Shown here: positions 10,450 through 19,708 of the stretch, piece by piece
How positions within the stretch are numbered: position 1 is the first letter of the stretch
Layout: each line of letters starts with the position of its first letter
Source of the DNA: Obrimoposthia wandeli
Taxonomy: Eukaryota
Direction of reading: 5' to 3'
Assembly (NCBI GenBank): GCA_977020255.1
Contig: CDROCS010002735.1
Location: forward strand, 124,001 to 188,000
Length of the DNA: 64,000 nt
The notes under the pieces: model-generated
The model's input: the letters and a program-made list of their open reading frames with translations, nothing else
What the model was told of the DNA's origin: nothing
Databases searched by the model: none
Program-made: the position numbers and the translations under genes

Positions 10450-12171
10450 CTAACCAGTTTGAACTTGCTTAAGTATATTGTTAATTTCAGCGACAGCTTC
10501 CTTTGAGCTATTCTTTTCCTTGTCGGGTTCATCAATCCCCAGTAGCTCATCAAATGTCCATACTTCCCTGGATTCGCGAATCATAGATAACACGTTATCA
10601 ACCAACTTTTCTGTCTTCTCTTCACGTGTTAATTGTGGTTCTGTAGTTCCATCGCGCAACCATTGGGAATCAATATAGTCCGCTAAACGCAGCTGTTCAG
10701 TGCTAAACGCAAATTGAATCTGATCGGCATAAGGATGTGGTTTGCCGTTTTCCATCAGGCCTAATGGTTTACCTTGCCTGAAGTTTGCAATCAATTGATC
10801 CAAGGTAAAAGGCTCTGCAGACAAGCCCTTAGTGTCATCTAGCAACTGCTGCAAATCTGACGCTAATGCAGTGGCTTCCTCTTTAAGGCGCACTTTCCAT
10901 TGCCTACCCGTGAGTACTTCATCCTTTAAATGATAACTCCCATCTGGCGTGAAGCTATCTTGATCAAATTTACGAAAGCCGCGCGCCATACGCGATAAAT
11001 CACCCGTTTCCCAGCGCTCTATATCGTAGATTTCTTCCATTTTTTGATAAGCTCGATCGGCGTTGTTAGGGTTTTCAAGCCATTCAAGCATAGTCACTCT
11101 TTTCTCAAGCCCTTGCTGCATCTGCACTATGCTTTGCAGTGCTACCACCTTGTCTTGATAAAATGCTTCAATTTTCGCTGCTTGGGGATGCTGCTGATAA
11201 CCTTGCGGCGTATACACAGCACTCGGATCTCGACCTTCACGCAAGTTATCAATAATATCTTGGAAAGTGAATCTAGACTCTAACTCAGTGGCAATTTGAT
11301 CATTAAAAGTATCAGCAAAGGGTTGGCTCAGTTGTACATATGCCTGGTAATTTTCTCTTTGATCTTCGCGCATTAAAGCCTGTGCTGGCTGTCTAACGGC
11401 ATACTTCGAATCACCCATAAAGCCAACAAGTGAAGCATAAATTTCACTGCCTTCTATTACCCAACTACTTTTTGGCGCACCGAACTTGTTACTCACTTCA
11501 TCCAGCGCACTCACCCCTGCCGATTTACCATTATGACCGATATACTGATACTTCTCAGCGAGTTTATCCACCACCAAAGGCCTATCGATATTTTTTTGAT
11601 CTAACCAATTAGAGAGATGTTTAGGGAATGTATAAATCTCATCTGACAGTTGTTGAATAGCGGTAATCTGCTGCTTAAAATCTTCCTGAAATCGATTAAT
11701 CAAGGCCGATTCAGGCAATGCGCTGCCATCGGCATTGTCAGCGGCAAGCCGCCCTGCCTTAACATTGTCTAATATTGTCTCTAAATCAATACTTTGTAAA
11801 TTTTCAAGTTTAACAATTGAAGAAAGCTCAGCGGCTAATACATCGTATCCTTTCAAATAGGTATCTATATTAGATCGTTTCTCGGTAATCATTTGCTCTA
11901 AAAACTTCGCGGCTTGCTGCCCGTAAGGTCCTGCGTTATTCAGTTGAATCCATTGATCATTATAGTTTTCACTAGCTTGGTAAGCCTCAAACCCCCGCTC
12001 GTTCTGCACTGAACCCAGCATCCAAGAATCTCCTCCCATCACTTGATCCTTAATTAATTGCTGCATCTTGTCAGACGTTTCAATATGGCTATCAATTATC
12101 CGCCGTCCGGCATCGGTGACTGTGAAAGTACCATCAGTATTGGGAATAAATATTGGGTTACTCGAAATCAT
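10450..12171 (-). CDS. Hypothetical alpha-helical protein (573 aa) with three internal repeats
   Basis: Long open frame. AAGGA RBS upstream of ATG 12171. Repeat cores LETILDNVKAGR, FQDIIDNLREGR and LDQLIANFRQGK. Confidence 0.75.
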   Translation of the reverse strand: MISSNPIFIPNTDGTFTVTDAGRRIIDSHIETSDKMQQLIKDQVMGGDSWMLGSVQNERGFEAYQASENYNDQWIQLNNAGPYGQQAAKFLEQMITEKRSNIDTYLKGYDVLAAELSSIVKLENLQSIDLETILDNVKAGRLAADNADGSALPESALINRFQEDFKQQITAIQQLSDEIYTFPKHLSNWLDQKNIDRPLVVDKLAEKYQYIGHNGKSAGVSALDEVSNKFGAPKSSWVIEGSEIYASLVGFMGDSKYAVRQPAQALMREDQRENYQAYVQLSQPFADTFNDQIATELESRFTFQDIIDNLREGRDPSAVYTPQGYQQHPQAAKIEAFYQDKVVALQSIVQMQQGLEKRVTMLEWLENPNNADRAYQKMEEIYDIERWETGDLSRMARGFRKFDQDSFTPDGSYHLKDEVLTGRQWKVRLKEEATALASDLQQLLDDTKGLSAEPFTLDQLIANFRQGKPLGLMENGKPHPYADQIQFAFSTEQLRLADYIDSQWLRDGTTEPQLTREEKTEKLVDNVLSMIRESREVWTFDELLGIDEPDKEKNSSKEAVAEINNILKQVQTG

Positions 12172-12445
12172 AGAGACACATCCTTGGTATCGGTATAACT
12201 TATTATTGATAGAAAATGAACACCTTGATTCAATCAAGAACGTCATTTAAAGCTGATAATTTCTAAACAGCAATAATTAGACCAATAAGTAAAAAATGCA
12301 AGGTGTGGGTTTGAGGGGGTTGGTAAAAGTAACGAAAGGAGGAAGAGCAAAGCAAATTTGCTAAGTTTACTTACTTCTCGAATAAATAATTCACTGTAGA
12401 AGAGCTTAGCTTCACTTTAAATAAATTATATCGTTGAAAAGGCTA

Positions 12446-12476
12446 TTGACCTCAACTTAGGTTGGGGTTTTATTAT
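12446..12476 (+). promoter_or_regulatory. MerR-family (SoxR-like) promoter: -35, dyad operator, 19-bp spacer, -10
   Basis: TTGACC (12446-51), dyad CCTCAACTTAGGTTGGGG resembling the SoxR box CCTCAAGTTAACTTGAGG, then TATTAT (12471-76) exactly 19 bp after -35. Confidence 0.72.
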
Positions 12477-12572
12477 ATTTATCAGCTAGTACCTCTCAAC
12501 TCTCACCGTTAGGAATCAAGAATTTAAAATTAACTATTCACCGAATCAACAAAATAACTTTAAGGAATTTTA

Positions 12573-13331
12573 ATGAGTTTTAAAAACAAAAAGGTTGTCA
12601 TTACAGGCACTGGGCGAGACTTTGGACAAACGCTTGCCATATTATTTGCGAAAATGGGTGCTGAACTATTTCTTTCTGCTAGAACATTAGAAAATGCAAA
12701 TGCAACGGCAAACCTAGTGCGAAAGACGGTACCTGATGCCAAAGTATCGACTTTCCAAGTAAATACCTGCAACCCTACTGAGATAGCTAAATTCGCCCAA
12801 GATGTAAGCATTAAGTCACCAGAAATAGATGTTTTAATCAATAATGCGGCCTATTGGTTAGATGGCGATATTGAAGAAACAGCAGACGAAGATATTGTGG
12901 AGGCTGTTAATTCAACAGCGACAGGGAGTATGTTAGTAACAAAACATTTCTTGCCTCTGCTTAAAAAATCCACTTGCCCAGATATCATATTTATCAATAG
13001 CACCGCCAGTTTAGAGAACAATACTCACGCGACTTGCAATGAAGCATTCAGTGCTGCAAAAGCAGCTCAGTCTACGTTTTCAGACAGGCTTCGCCACAGA
13101 TTGAAAGGCAGCGGTGTCCGTTTTACTTGTATATATCCACCTAATTTTGATAACACCTCACCTATTAAGGAGCAAGATTGGGATGAAGAACGCGCACATA
13201 CTGATACTCGTTTTTTAACTGCCAGGAATATTTTTGGATGTATCAAATTTTGTTTGACGCAAGATCGCATATGTTCAATAGATAAAATTATACTCAGCAA
13301 TAACAATTACACCGCAAAGCTGTGTGAGTAA
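12573..13331 (+). CDS. Atypical SDR family oxidoreductase
   Basis: VVITGTGRDFG Rossmann motif, IDVLINNAA, FSAAK in place of YxxxK. Confidence 0.85.
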   Translation: MSFKNKKVVITGTGRDFGQTLAILFAKMGAELFLSARTLENANATANLVRKTVPDAKVSTFQVNTCNPTEIAKFAQDVSIKSPEIDVLINNAAYWLDGDIEETADEDIVEAVNSTATGSMLVTKHFLPLLKKSTCPDIIFINSTASLENNTHATCNEAFSAAKAAQSTFSDRLRHRLKGSGVRFTCIYPPNFDNTSPIKEQDWDEERAHTDTRFLTARNIFGCIKFCLTQDRICSIDKIILSNNNYTAKLCE

Positions 13332-13449
13332 TCCTGTGAAATAATTAGACAAAGGAGTTGATGGCTTCTTAATATAGCTTGAGAGGCCTTTTAGTTTTTA
13401 ATAATCAAAAAACCTTTTTAAGAACAAGCAAAATCAAGAGATTGCGGGT

Positions 13450-13795
13450 GCAGTTTCGCTGCAGCGAGTTCATTTCTTTTTACGAAAAGCTACCGCGTCC
13501 TGCTCACGCCCCTTACCTACAAAAGAAACAGAACCAAAGCGCTCTTTTCCATTGCCTGCAAGCTGCTTCATGCCGAAACCTGTCGTGTAGCTTTGGCGAC
13601 AATACAAGGGAACTGGTAGGCTTTGCACATTGCTGTCCGGTTAAAAAATGTAAGTTCTCTAACTCATTGATTTGAGGTTTTCTATCATGATGAAATAGAT
13701 ATCTTCTAGCTAAATAGTATTTTTCGTTAACGTAAAATCAATAAGTTATAGATCAACAAAAATTAAACCGGACTCTAATGGGCTTTGTAGCTTAC
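13450..13795 (-). repeat. Dispersed repeat R, copy 1, interrupted by a MITE
   Basis: Reverse complement matches both ends of the 23753-23988 element: ..AAAAGAAATGAACTCG..CGAAACTGC and TAAGCTACAAAGCC..CCCTTGTATTGTCGCC. Confidence 0.7.
13628..13780. mobile_element. MITE family A, copy 1 (153 bp)
   Basis: TIRs cattgctgtccggtt / aaccggactctaatg. 9-bp target duplication ggctttgca / ggctttgta. Homologous to 15504-15654 and 51952-52103. Confidence 0.85.
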
Positions 13796-13838
13796 ATTTG
13801 AGTGTATTTGTTTCGATATTTCAGTAGCTGATAATTGA

Positions 13839-14168
13839 TTAATTAAGTGTTGTTAGACGCTTAGTTAAGTGATTTTTGACATCTTGCCTGCCATCAAATA
13901 TAGCGAGCACTGTCACTTCTTCTGGCATCAATTTATAGATAATACGATAATGGCTTTTTATTATTTCGAATATTGTTGAATTGGCGACTTGGTAAAGTTC
14001 ATGGGGTTTATGGCCGCGTTCTGGCATCTGTGAAAGCGTCTTTATTGCAGCTTCAATAGTATCTATTAGCTGTTTTGCTACTGTAATACCCGCCTTCGAA
14101 AGGTAAAACTGACCGATAGTAATTAAATCGTTTTTAGCACTATTGGTCAATTTAACAGCATATATCAT
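13839..14168 (-). CDS. RelE/ParE family toxin
   Basis: Y.V.LT.SA..DL..I..F, PERG..P.EL, YRIIY, V.VLAIFDGRQD. Lies downstream of a Phd antitoxin. Confidence 0.88.
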   Translation of the reverse strand: MIYAVKLTNSAKNDLITIGQFYLSKAGITVAKQLIDTIEAAIKTLSQMPERGHKPHELYQVANSTIFEIIKSHYRIIYKLMPEEVTVLAIFDGRQDVKNHLTKRLTTLN

Positions 14169-14176
14169 GTTGTCGC

Positions 14177-14452
14177 CTATACACCAAATAACCTATTGCG
14201 GATTTCACTAAAAGCACTATCAGCATTTTGTGTATTACCCTCCGCTATTTCACGTTCGCCTTGGTTTATAAGCTGCAGCAATGCAATAGTATTTTCTTTG
14301 CGTTCATATTCTGCAACTGATTGTACCACCATGGTAGCTTCGCCATTTTGGGTAATAATATACGCTTCGCCATCATCTTTTAGCTCTTTCGCAATTTGTG
14401 CGGTGTTCGCTTTCAAATAGCTGATCGGTTTAATATGATCGTGTAATGCCAT
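14177..14452 (-). CDS. Phd/YefM family antitoxin
   Basis: IKPISYLKANTA, YIITQNGEA.MVVQSVAEYE. Confidence 0.9.
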   Translation of the reverse strand: MALHDHIKPISYLKANTAQIAKELKDDGEAYIITQNGEATMVVQSVAEYERKENTIALLQLINQGEREIAEGNTQNADSAFSEIRNRLFGV

Positions 14453-14550
14453 GATATACCCCTCATTTAAAGCTTCCCTTAGGTGAAGTTAGGGTGAATG
14501 ATACCACCTTAAGGCAAGACTGAATATAGCCCATATTTAGACATACACAG

Positions 14551-14586
14551 ACAATACAAGGGGATTGATGGCTTCGTAGCTAGGTT
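14551..14586 (-). repeat. Repeat R, isolated left end upstream of phd
   Basis: Reverse complement aacctagctacgaagccatcaatccccttgtattgt matches 23753-23790. Confidence 0.7.
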
Positions 14587-14854
14587 TTATTTTAATTTAT
14601 TCCGATATATTAATTACTTACAAGACAATTAACTGTAAAGTTATAATTCTAGTGATACAAATAGTCTGTACCATTTTTTACGCCATTTTTTACGCCATTT
14701 TTTCCGGTGATAGACTTAAATTATGAGAATGTGGTTTCACCGAATGGTAATATTTAAAGCTATCGTTTTTCACCTGTTCAATAGCACCAGCGATATTACA
14801 GCAACCTGATTTGGCCATGTTTTCTGGCTTTATACTCTTTTATTGAGCATGTCA

Positions 14855-15484
14855 TTAATGCTTCATAATAATAGTAAAATCGTTTTCGGCGTAGTTATCA
14901 AATAATTGACTGTTAGGACATATTGAAAGGCAAAAACTCAATACCTCATTTGGATTGTAAGCCACTAATGTTTTTCCAGATGTAAAATAACGGCTATCTA
15001 ACAAATTAAACGCCACGGCATCCTGTGTACACTCATACATGACTGCGATCATTTTATAGAGATAATTTAAGTCTCTACTGAAGTAATTTAATGATCCACT
15101 TACAATAACGACATCAACTTTAGGTAAACAAATATTGGAGAAGTCAGCGTTAATAAAATCAGTATTCGCACTGTTCACAAAACGTGCACGCGCTGCTTTC
15201 ACAAATGCACTTTGTTGATCAATACCCAAATAGCTGGCGATTCTATTGTTCGCACTAAGCTGCGCTTTAGTTATTTCATCAAGGTAGTGCTTAAGATCTC
15301 CATAACCACAGCCTAAATCCAGTACACTTTTACCTGCAAGCTCAAGTGGCTGACATAAAGCTTGAAAACGTACTTGCTGGGAATCAAACGAATGCCAACC
15401 TTGCACTTTTGCGTTATCAGTAGCTGATTTCTTGGAGCGTTGATGGTGATAATTCTTTATCTTTAGCTTATCGAGAAAATGCAT
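14855..15484 (-). CDS. Class I SAM-dependent methyltransferase
   Basis: GW.S..SQ..RF, SVLDLGCGYGDL, YLGID, D.V..SGSLNY, VAFNLL. Confidence 0.88.
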   Translation of the reverse strand: MHFLDKLKIKNYHHQRSKKSATDNAKVQGWHSFDSQQVRFQALCQPLELAGKSVLDLGCGYGDLKHYLDEITKAQLSANNRIASYLGIDQQSAFVKAARARFVNSANTDFINADFSNICLPKVDVVIVSGSLNYFSRDLNYLYKMIAVMYECTQDAVAFNLLDSRYFTSGKTLVAYNPNEVLSFCLSICPNSQLFDNYAENDFTIIMKH

Positions 15485-15503
15485 GGAAATAAGTGCCTAT
15501 TAA

Positions 15504-15654
15504 CATTGCTGTCCGGTTAAAAAGTGTAAGCTCTCTAACCCATTGATTTGTGGTTTTCTAGCATAGATAGTTGGATTTTTTAGCCAAATAATACTTGTGG
15601 TTAGCGTGAAATCAATGAGTTACAGAACAACAAAAATTAAACCGGACACTAATG
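15504..15654. mobile_element. MITE family A, copy 2 (151 bp)
   Basis: TIRs cattgctgtccggtt / aaccggacactaatg. Degenerate 9-bp flanks gcctattaa / tcctatgga. Confidence 0.82.
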
Positions 15655-15759
15655 TCCTATGGATTAATTTTAAGCTTAATACCCTGAACCGATATAAATA
15701 GCCTGTGCTATTTTGGTTACTATTTCGGTTAGCCTGCCCACTTAAGAAACGGTTGCCCA

Positions 15760-18660
15760 TTAATGTAACGCCATTTCTTCAAACTCTACTTGATCGCGTT
15801 GTTTAGTGTTACTACAGCTAGGTATTTCTTTACCTCTATAATTTCGACAACCCCAAAACTCACCGCGCGGCCCTTTACGCAAAGCCATTTCGGCACCACA
15901 AATCTCACACAAGGGAATGATATTCTCGCATGCTTCGCCCAAGCACACTTTAAATCCACTGTGCTGCTCGCGGCTCATTGGCGAAGCACATTGGCTACAG
16001 CCATTTTCTTTATGCTTACACCTTGGATAATTAGAACAGGCATAGAAAGCGCCAAACTTACTTAAGCGCTCGACTAACGCCCCAGAATTGCAACGCATAC
16101 ATTTAATATCATGCATTAAACGTTCGACAAAAGATGTTTCAAACTCATCGAGTGCAACATCATATTCCTTTTCAATCAACTCAGTGACGAATGCACTATA
16201 ACCACTGAGGCCCGCTAACACATAAACGCGTTTACGTGCCCTAGTGAGTGCAACATAAAATAAACGCCGCTCTTCTGCAAAAGCATAGTCCTCAACCGCT
16301 GGTAATAATGCATCTAATAAAGGGGGCGTTGCTTTTACTGACGGAAAACCATGCTTACCCTTGGTCATACCCATTAACACCACGTAATCCGCTTCTTTAC
16401 CTTTAGAGGCATGTATCGAAAGGCTTTTAATCTGCAAATTAGGGAACATAGCATTTAACTGTTTCTGTTGCTGTTTATCAGGCAAGTGAAACCAAAAGCG
16501 CGCTAATAGATAAACGGTTGCACTTATCTGTACCCGCTCAGAAATAGCTTGCAGTGCTTGTTTTAAAGGGCCTGTTTCTAAATTTGAATCCTCGGGAGCT
16601 CGCAGTATAGATACCGCTGGTTGCGTGACTGTCTCTTTCGAAGTAATTGTTTTAGATAATTGCACTGGGTTTTGAGTCACGAACTGGCTGGCAATATCAC
16701 CAATGCTATTATTAAACCTAAAGGTTTGATCTAACACGCTGGTTGTTGTCAGCCCAAAATATTTGGCAAAACCAGTCGTTAACCCCACATCGGCACCGCT
16801 AAACCTATAAATAGCTTGCCAATCATCGCCGACACAAAAGAGTGATGTACTAGGGTTACTATCACGCAGGGCTCGCACTAGCCTTGCTCTAGGCTCTGAA
16901 ATATCTTGAAATTCATCTACCATGATATAACGCCAAGGCGAGCGAAACCTACCTTGCACAATATAAGCCAACGCCTTGGCAATCATATCTTCAAAGTCAA
17001 TATAATCATTTTCAACTAACAGATCTTGATACCGCTCTAATACCGGTTGCAGTAGCTCAAAAGCTTTTGTTGTTTGCTTGGCATCTGCTGAACCAGCAAT
17101 AACTTTTTCGAGCCCTTGCTCATCTAAACAAGCCGATTTATAAAGCCCTATTAATTGTGAGAATAAGCTAGCTAACTCTGTAACACGGCCTAACTCATTC
17201 AATGTTGCTAGCATTGCCTCATCGGGCAGTGGAACACTTTTTACATCGAGTGACGCTAGCTGTTTTTCCAAGCGCGTTAATAATTCTCCATCGCGGTGCT
17301 GATAATAAAACAACTCAAATAATATCGTTTCATGTTGCTGGTGAATACTGCGCTTCCATTTTATAGATGCCTGGTATTCTTCGCGGTCAATGTATGGCGC
17401 AGTATTGCCTTGTTCATCGATACCATAATACTCAATGTAAACACCGTATTCCGGCAAATAGAAATCAGGCTGGTATTGCCTAAAATCTAAGTTACTGACT
17501 TTATGTTGATAACGTACTTCATATTGATATTCAATGCCCATACCAAAGAGCCAATTGGCAATATACAACTCACCAAAGCTCTTCACTAAATCTCCTTTAA
17601 GTGAGCGGATATCATTGGCACTCAAATAATCTAAATAATCCCCCATTGATGCAAATTCATAGTCATTTTTCTCGACATAATAATACTTACTAAAATATTC
17701 AAGAATCTTGTGCCTATAACTCGCTTCTAACATCAATGCTTCAAGCGTATTGTGCACCCACTTTTCTTTGGCTTTCTCATCATTCACCCACGGCGAAAGG
17801 CTTGGCTTAACACCCTCAACATCGCTGATCACTTTCATACCTAAGCTATGAAAAGTACTCGCTTTAACCTCATCATTATCCAGTTTTTGTTTAATGCGTT
17901 GATCCATCTCACTGGCGGCATTTTTTCCATAAGCCAATAATAATATCTCGCTGGCAGCAGCTTGGTTACTCGCTAACAAATAACCAGTACGGCCCACCAT
18001 CACGCTAGTTTTCCCGGTACCTGCCCCCGCTAATAACAGATTATTATCATCATCAATAACACAAGCTTCGCGCTGTTTTTGGGTTAACGGGTTAGATTCA
18101 ACCGTATCAAACAAATGCTGAAAACGATTAAGCTGCTCATCCACATAGATCGATTGAATATCACTAACACATTGATCATCCCACTTAGCAATAGTGATTA
18201 ACTTATTAAGCCTGTCACGCACCTCTAAACTTAGCTCGGTCTTTTCAGCCCAAGGCAACCATCGCGCGCAGCCATCTATTGCGGATTGCTTTATGGACTG
18301 TTGATAGGATTGGCGTAAATATCGACGCTTAAAGAGGTTCTCAATTTTACTGAGCAGTGCAGACAATTCATGCTGATTAGCATTAACCCAATGTGTGGTT
18401 ACTTGTGATGCAAATATCTGTTTGGCAGAATATGTGAGGTATGAGTGCTGGTAATCTTTACCACCGGCAGTAAAAGTAATAGTGCAACCCAAGTAACCTA
18501 TGCTAAAAACAGCAGGTTTCTCTAATTGCGCCCAAGTAACTATTTTAGTATTAACCCCAGCTGATAACTTAAAGCCTTCAGCAGCAACTGCTAGCGTTTT
18601 AGCCTTCTTGTTAAATAAACCACATAATTTCCCAAACCAACTTTTACCAACTATTTGCAT
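15760..18660 (-). CDS. UvrD/HelD (helicase IV)-like SF1 helicase with an inserted PD-(D/E)xK-like domain and C-terminal Zn ribbons
   Basis: AGAGTGKT, DEFQD, VGDDWQAIY, HASKGKE, EERRLFYVALTRAR. Insert YQPDFYLPEYGVYIEYYG. C-terminal CxxC clusters (GAFYACSNYPRC, GEFWGCRNY). Confidence 0.88.
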   Translation of the reverse strand: MQIVGKSWFGKLCGLFNKKAKTLAVAAEGFKLSAGVNTKIVTWAQLEKPAVFSIGYLGCTITFTAGGKDYQHSYLTYSAKQIFASQVTTHWVNANQHELSALLSKIENLFKRRYLRQSYQQSIKQSAIDGCARWLPWAEKTELSLEVRDRLNKLITIAKWDDQCVSDIQSIYVDEQLNRFQHLFDTVESNPLTQKQREACVIDDDNNLLLAGAGTGKTSVMVGRTGYLLASNQAAASEILLLAYGKNAASEMDQRIKQKLDNDEVKASTFHSLGMKVISDVEGVKPSLSPWVNDEKAKEKWVHNTLEALMLEASYRHKILEYFSKYYYVEKNDYEFASMGDYLDYLSANDIRSLKGDLVKSFGELYIANWLFGMGIEYQYEVRYQHKVSNLDFRQYQPDFYLPEYGVYIEYYGIDEQGNTAPYIDREEYQASIKWKRSIHQQHETILFELFYYQHRDGELLTRLEKQLASLDVKSVPLPDEAMLATLNELGRVTELASLFSQLIGLYKSACLDEQGLEKVIAGSADAKQTTKAFELLQPVLERYQDLLVENDYIDFEDMIAKALAYIVQGRFRSPWRYIMVDEFQDISEPRARLVRALRDSNPSTSLFCVGDDWQAIYRFSGADVGLTTGFAKYFGLTTTSVLDQTFRFNNSIGDIASQFVTQNPVQLSKTITSKETVTQPAVSILRAPEDSNLETGPLKQALQAISERVQISATVYLLARFWFHLPDKQQQKQLNAMFPNLQIKSLSIHASKGKEADYVVLMGMTKGKHGFPSVKATPPLLDALLPAVEDYAFAEERRLFYVALTRARKRVYVLAGLSGYSAFVTELIEKEYDVALDEFETSFVERLMHDIKCMRCNSGALVERLSKFGAFYACSNYPRCKHKENGCSQCASPMSREQHSGFKVCLGEACENIIPLCEICGAEMALRKGPRGEFWGCRNYRGKEIPSCSNTKQRDQVEFEEMALH

Positions 18661-18782
18661 ATTTAACCTTATCTAAAACGATGCGACGTAAAATGACTAA
18701 GCAGCCATAGAATACGCAACTCAAAGTGGTTTGGAACTAGTTTTTAATATCTTAATGATAAATATGCTGTTTTGGCTTTGTT

Positions 18783-18816
18783 ATACAAAGGGGTTGGTGG
18801 CTTCGTTGGGTAGTTT
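18783..18816 (-). repeat. Repeat R, degenerate isolated left end upstream of the helicase
   Basis: Reverse complement aaactacccaacgaagccaccaacccctttgtat. Confidence 0.55.
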
Positions 18817-18849
18817 GAGGTTTTTATAGTATTCAATAGGCAAAAGTGA

Positions 18850-18874
18850 ATCAATAGGGTCAGAGTAAATTGAT
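18850..18874 (+). repeat. REP-like sequence flanking the RAYT (left)
   Basis: atcaatagggtcagagtaaattgat, an inverted copy of 19663-19687 with 1 mismatch. Confidence 0.8.
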
Positions 18875-18888
18875 TTCCACACTGTTAA

Positions 18889-19602
18889 TTACTGATTTTT
18901 ATCGGCTTGATACTTTTTCGATTTATGATCGCCGCCACGTTTATATGGACTGCTACGCCTAGCAGTTTGCTCTTCTATTTGTTGCTTGAATCCTGCATCG
19001 CCTAAGACCCAAGACTTGTTTGTCGTATCTCTAATTTCTTGGATTGTGTGTTCCGCTAGTTGCTGATCGAACAACTCAATATAAGCTTGTAGCCGTTCTT
19101 TTCTTTTTGACGCTAATGCTTTATATACCGGGTGGTTTGTGACTAATGCAACCTTCTTACCAAGGCCATTATGCTGGAAGCTTGACCAAGGATATTCAGC
19201 AACTAACTTCACCATTTTTGCACGCACTGGATTTAGCTCTATATAACGCATAACACTGAGAAAATAAAAATCAGATTGCACAAGCGTGGATTTGAATCGC
19301 CCTTCCCACAATGTACCGCTGCGTTTATATTTCACATTGATATAGCGTACATAGTAACGGCCAAGTGACTGCATCATTTGACTCACACCAAAGGTTGTTG
19401 AAGGCGTCGCTAATATATGAACGTGATTTGTCATTAATACTAAAGCATGCACGGCAACCTTATATTCTACGCTATATTCTAAAAGTTTAACTAGATAGAC
19501 TTTATAGTCTTGTTCTTCAAGAAAGCACACTTGACGGTTATTACCCCGCTGAATTATATGCTGGGGAATATTTGCTAAATTGAGCCTTGGTAAGCGAGCC
19601 AT
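18889..19602 (-). mobile_element. REP-associated tyrosine transposase (RAYT, Y1 HUH)
   Basis: MARLPR, HIIQRGNNRQ..F, VLMTNHVHIL (HUH), LWEGRFKS, RYIELNPVRA..V..YPWSS. AAGGA RBS before ATG 19602. Confidence 0.92.
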
Positions 19603-19662
19603 AAGATATGATCCTTCCTTAGAACGGCCATGCCATTGGTCATAAATCACTCAGATCAAATT

Positions 19663-19687
19663 ATCAATTTACTCTGACCCCATTGAT
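19663..19687 (-). repeat. REP-like sequence flanking the RAYT (right)
   Basis: atcaatttactctgaccccattgat. Confidence 0.8.
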
Positions 19688-19708
19688 CGATCTTCTAATA
19701 TTAATTTT

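Noticed and set aside
13379-13675. 98-aa ORF
   Set aside because: It runs across repeat R and MITE A sequence and has no protein-like motif.
14671-14706. 12-bp tandem repeat (CCATTTTTTACG x3) as iterons or a regulatory array
   Set aside because: No rep gene or associated regulator; likely simple slippage.
13628-15654. Integron attC sites or a MITE-flanked composite transposon carrying the TA pair and methyltransferase
   Set aside because: The ends lack RYYYAAC/GTTRRRY cores and there is no integrase. Each copy has its own target duplication, indicating independent insertions.
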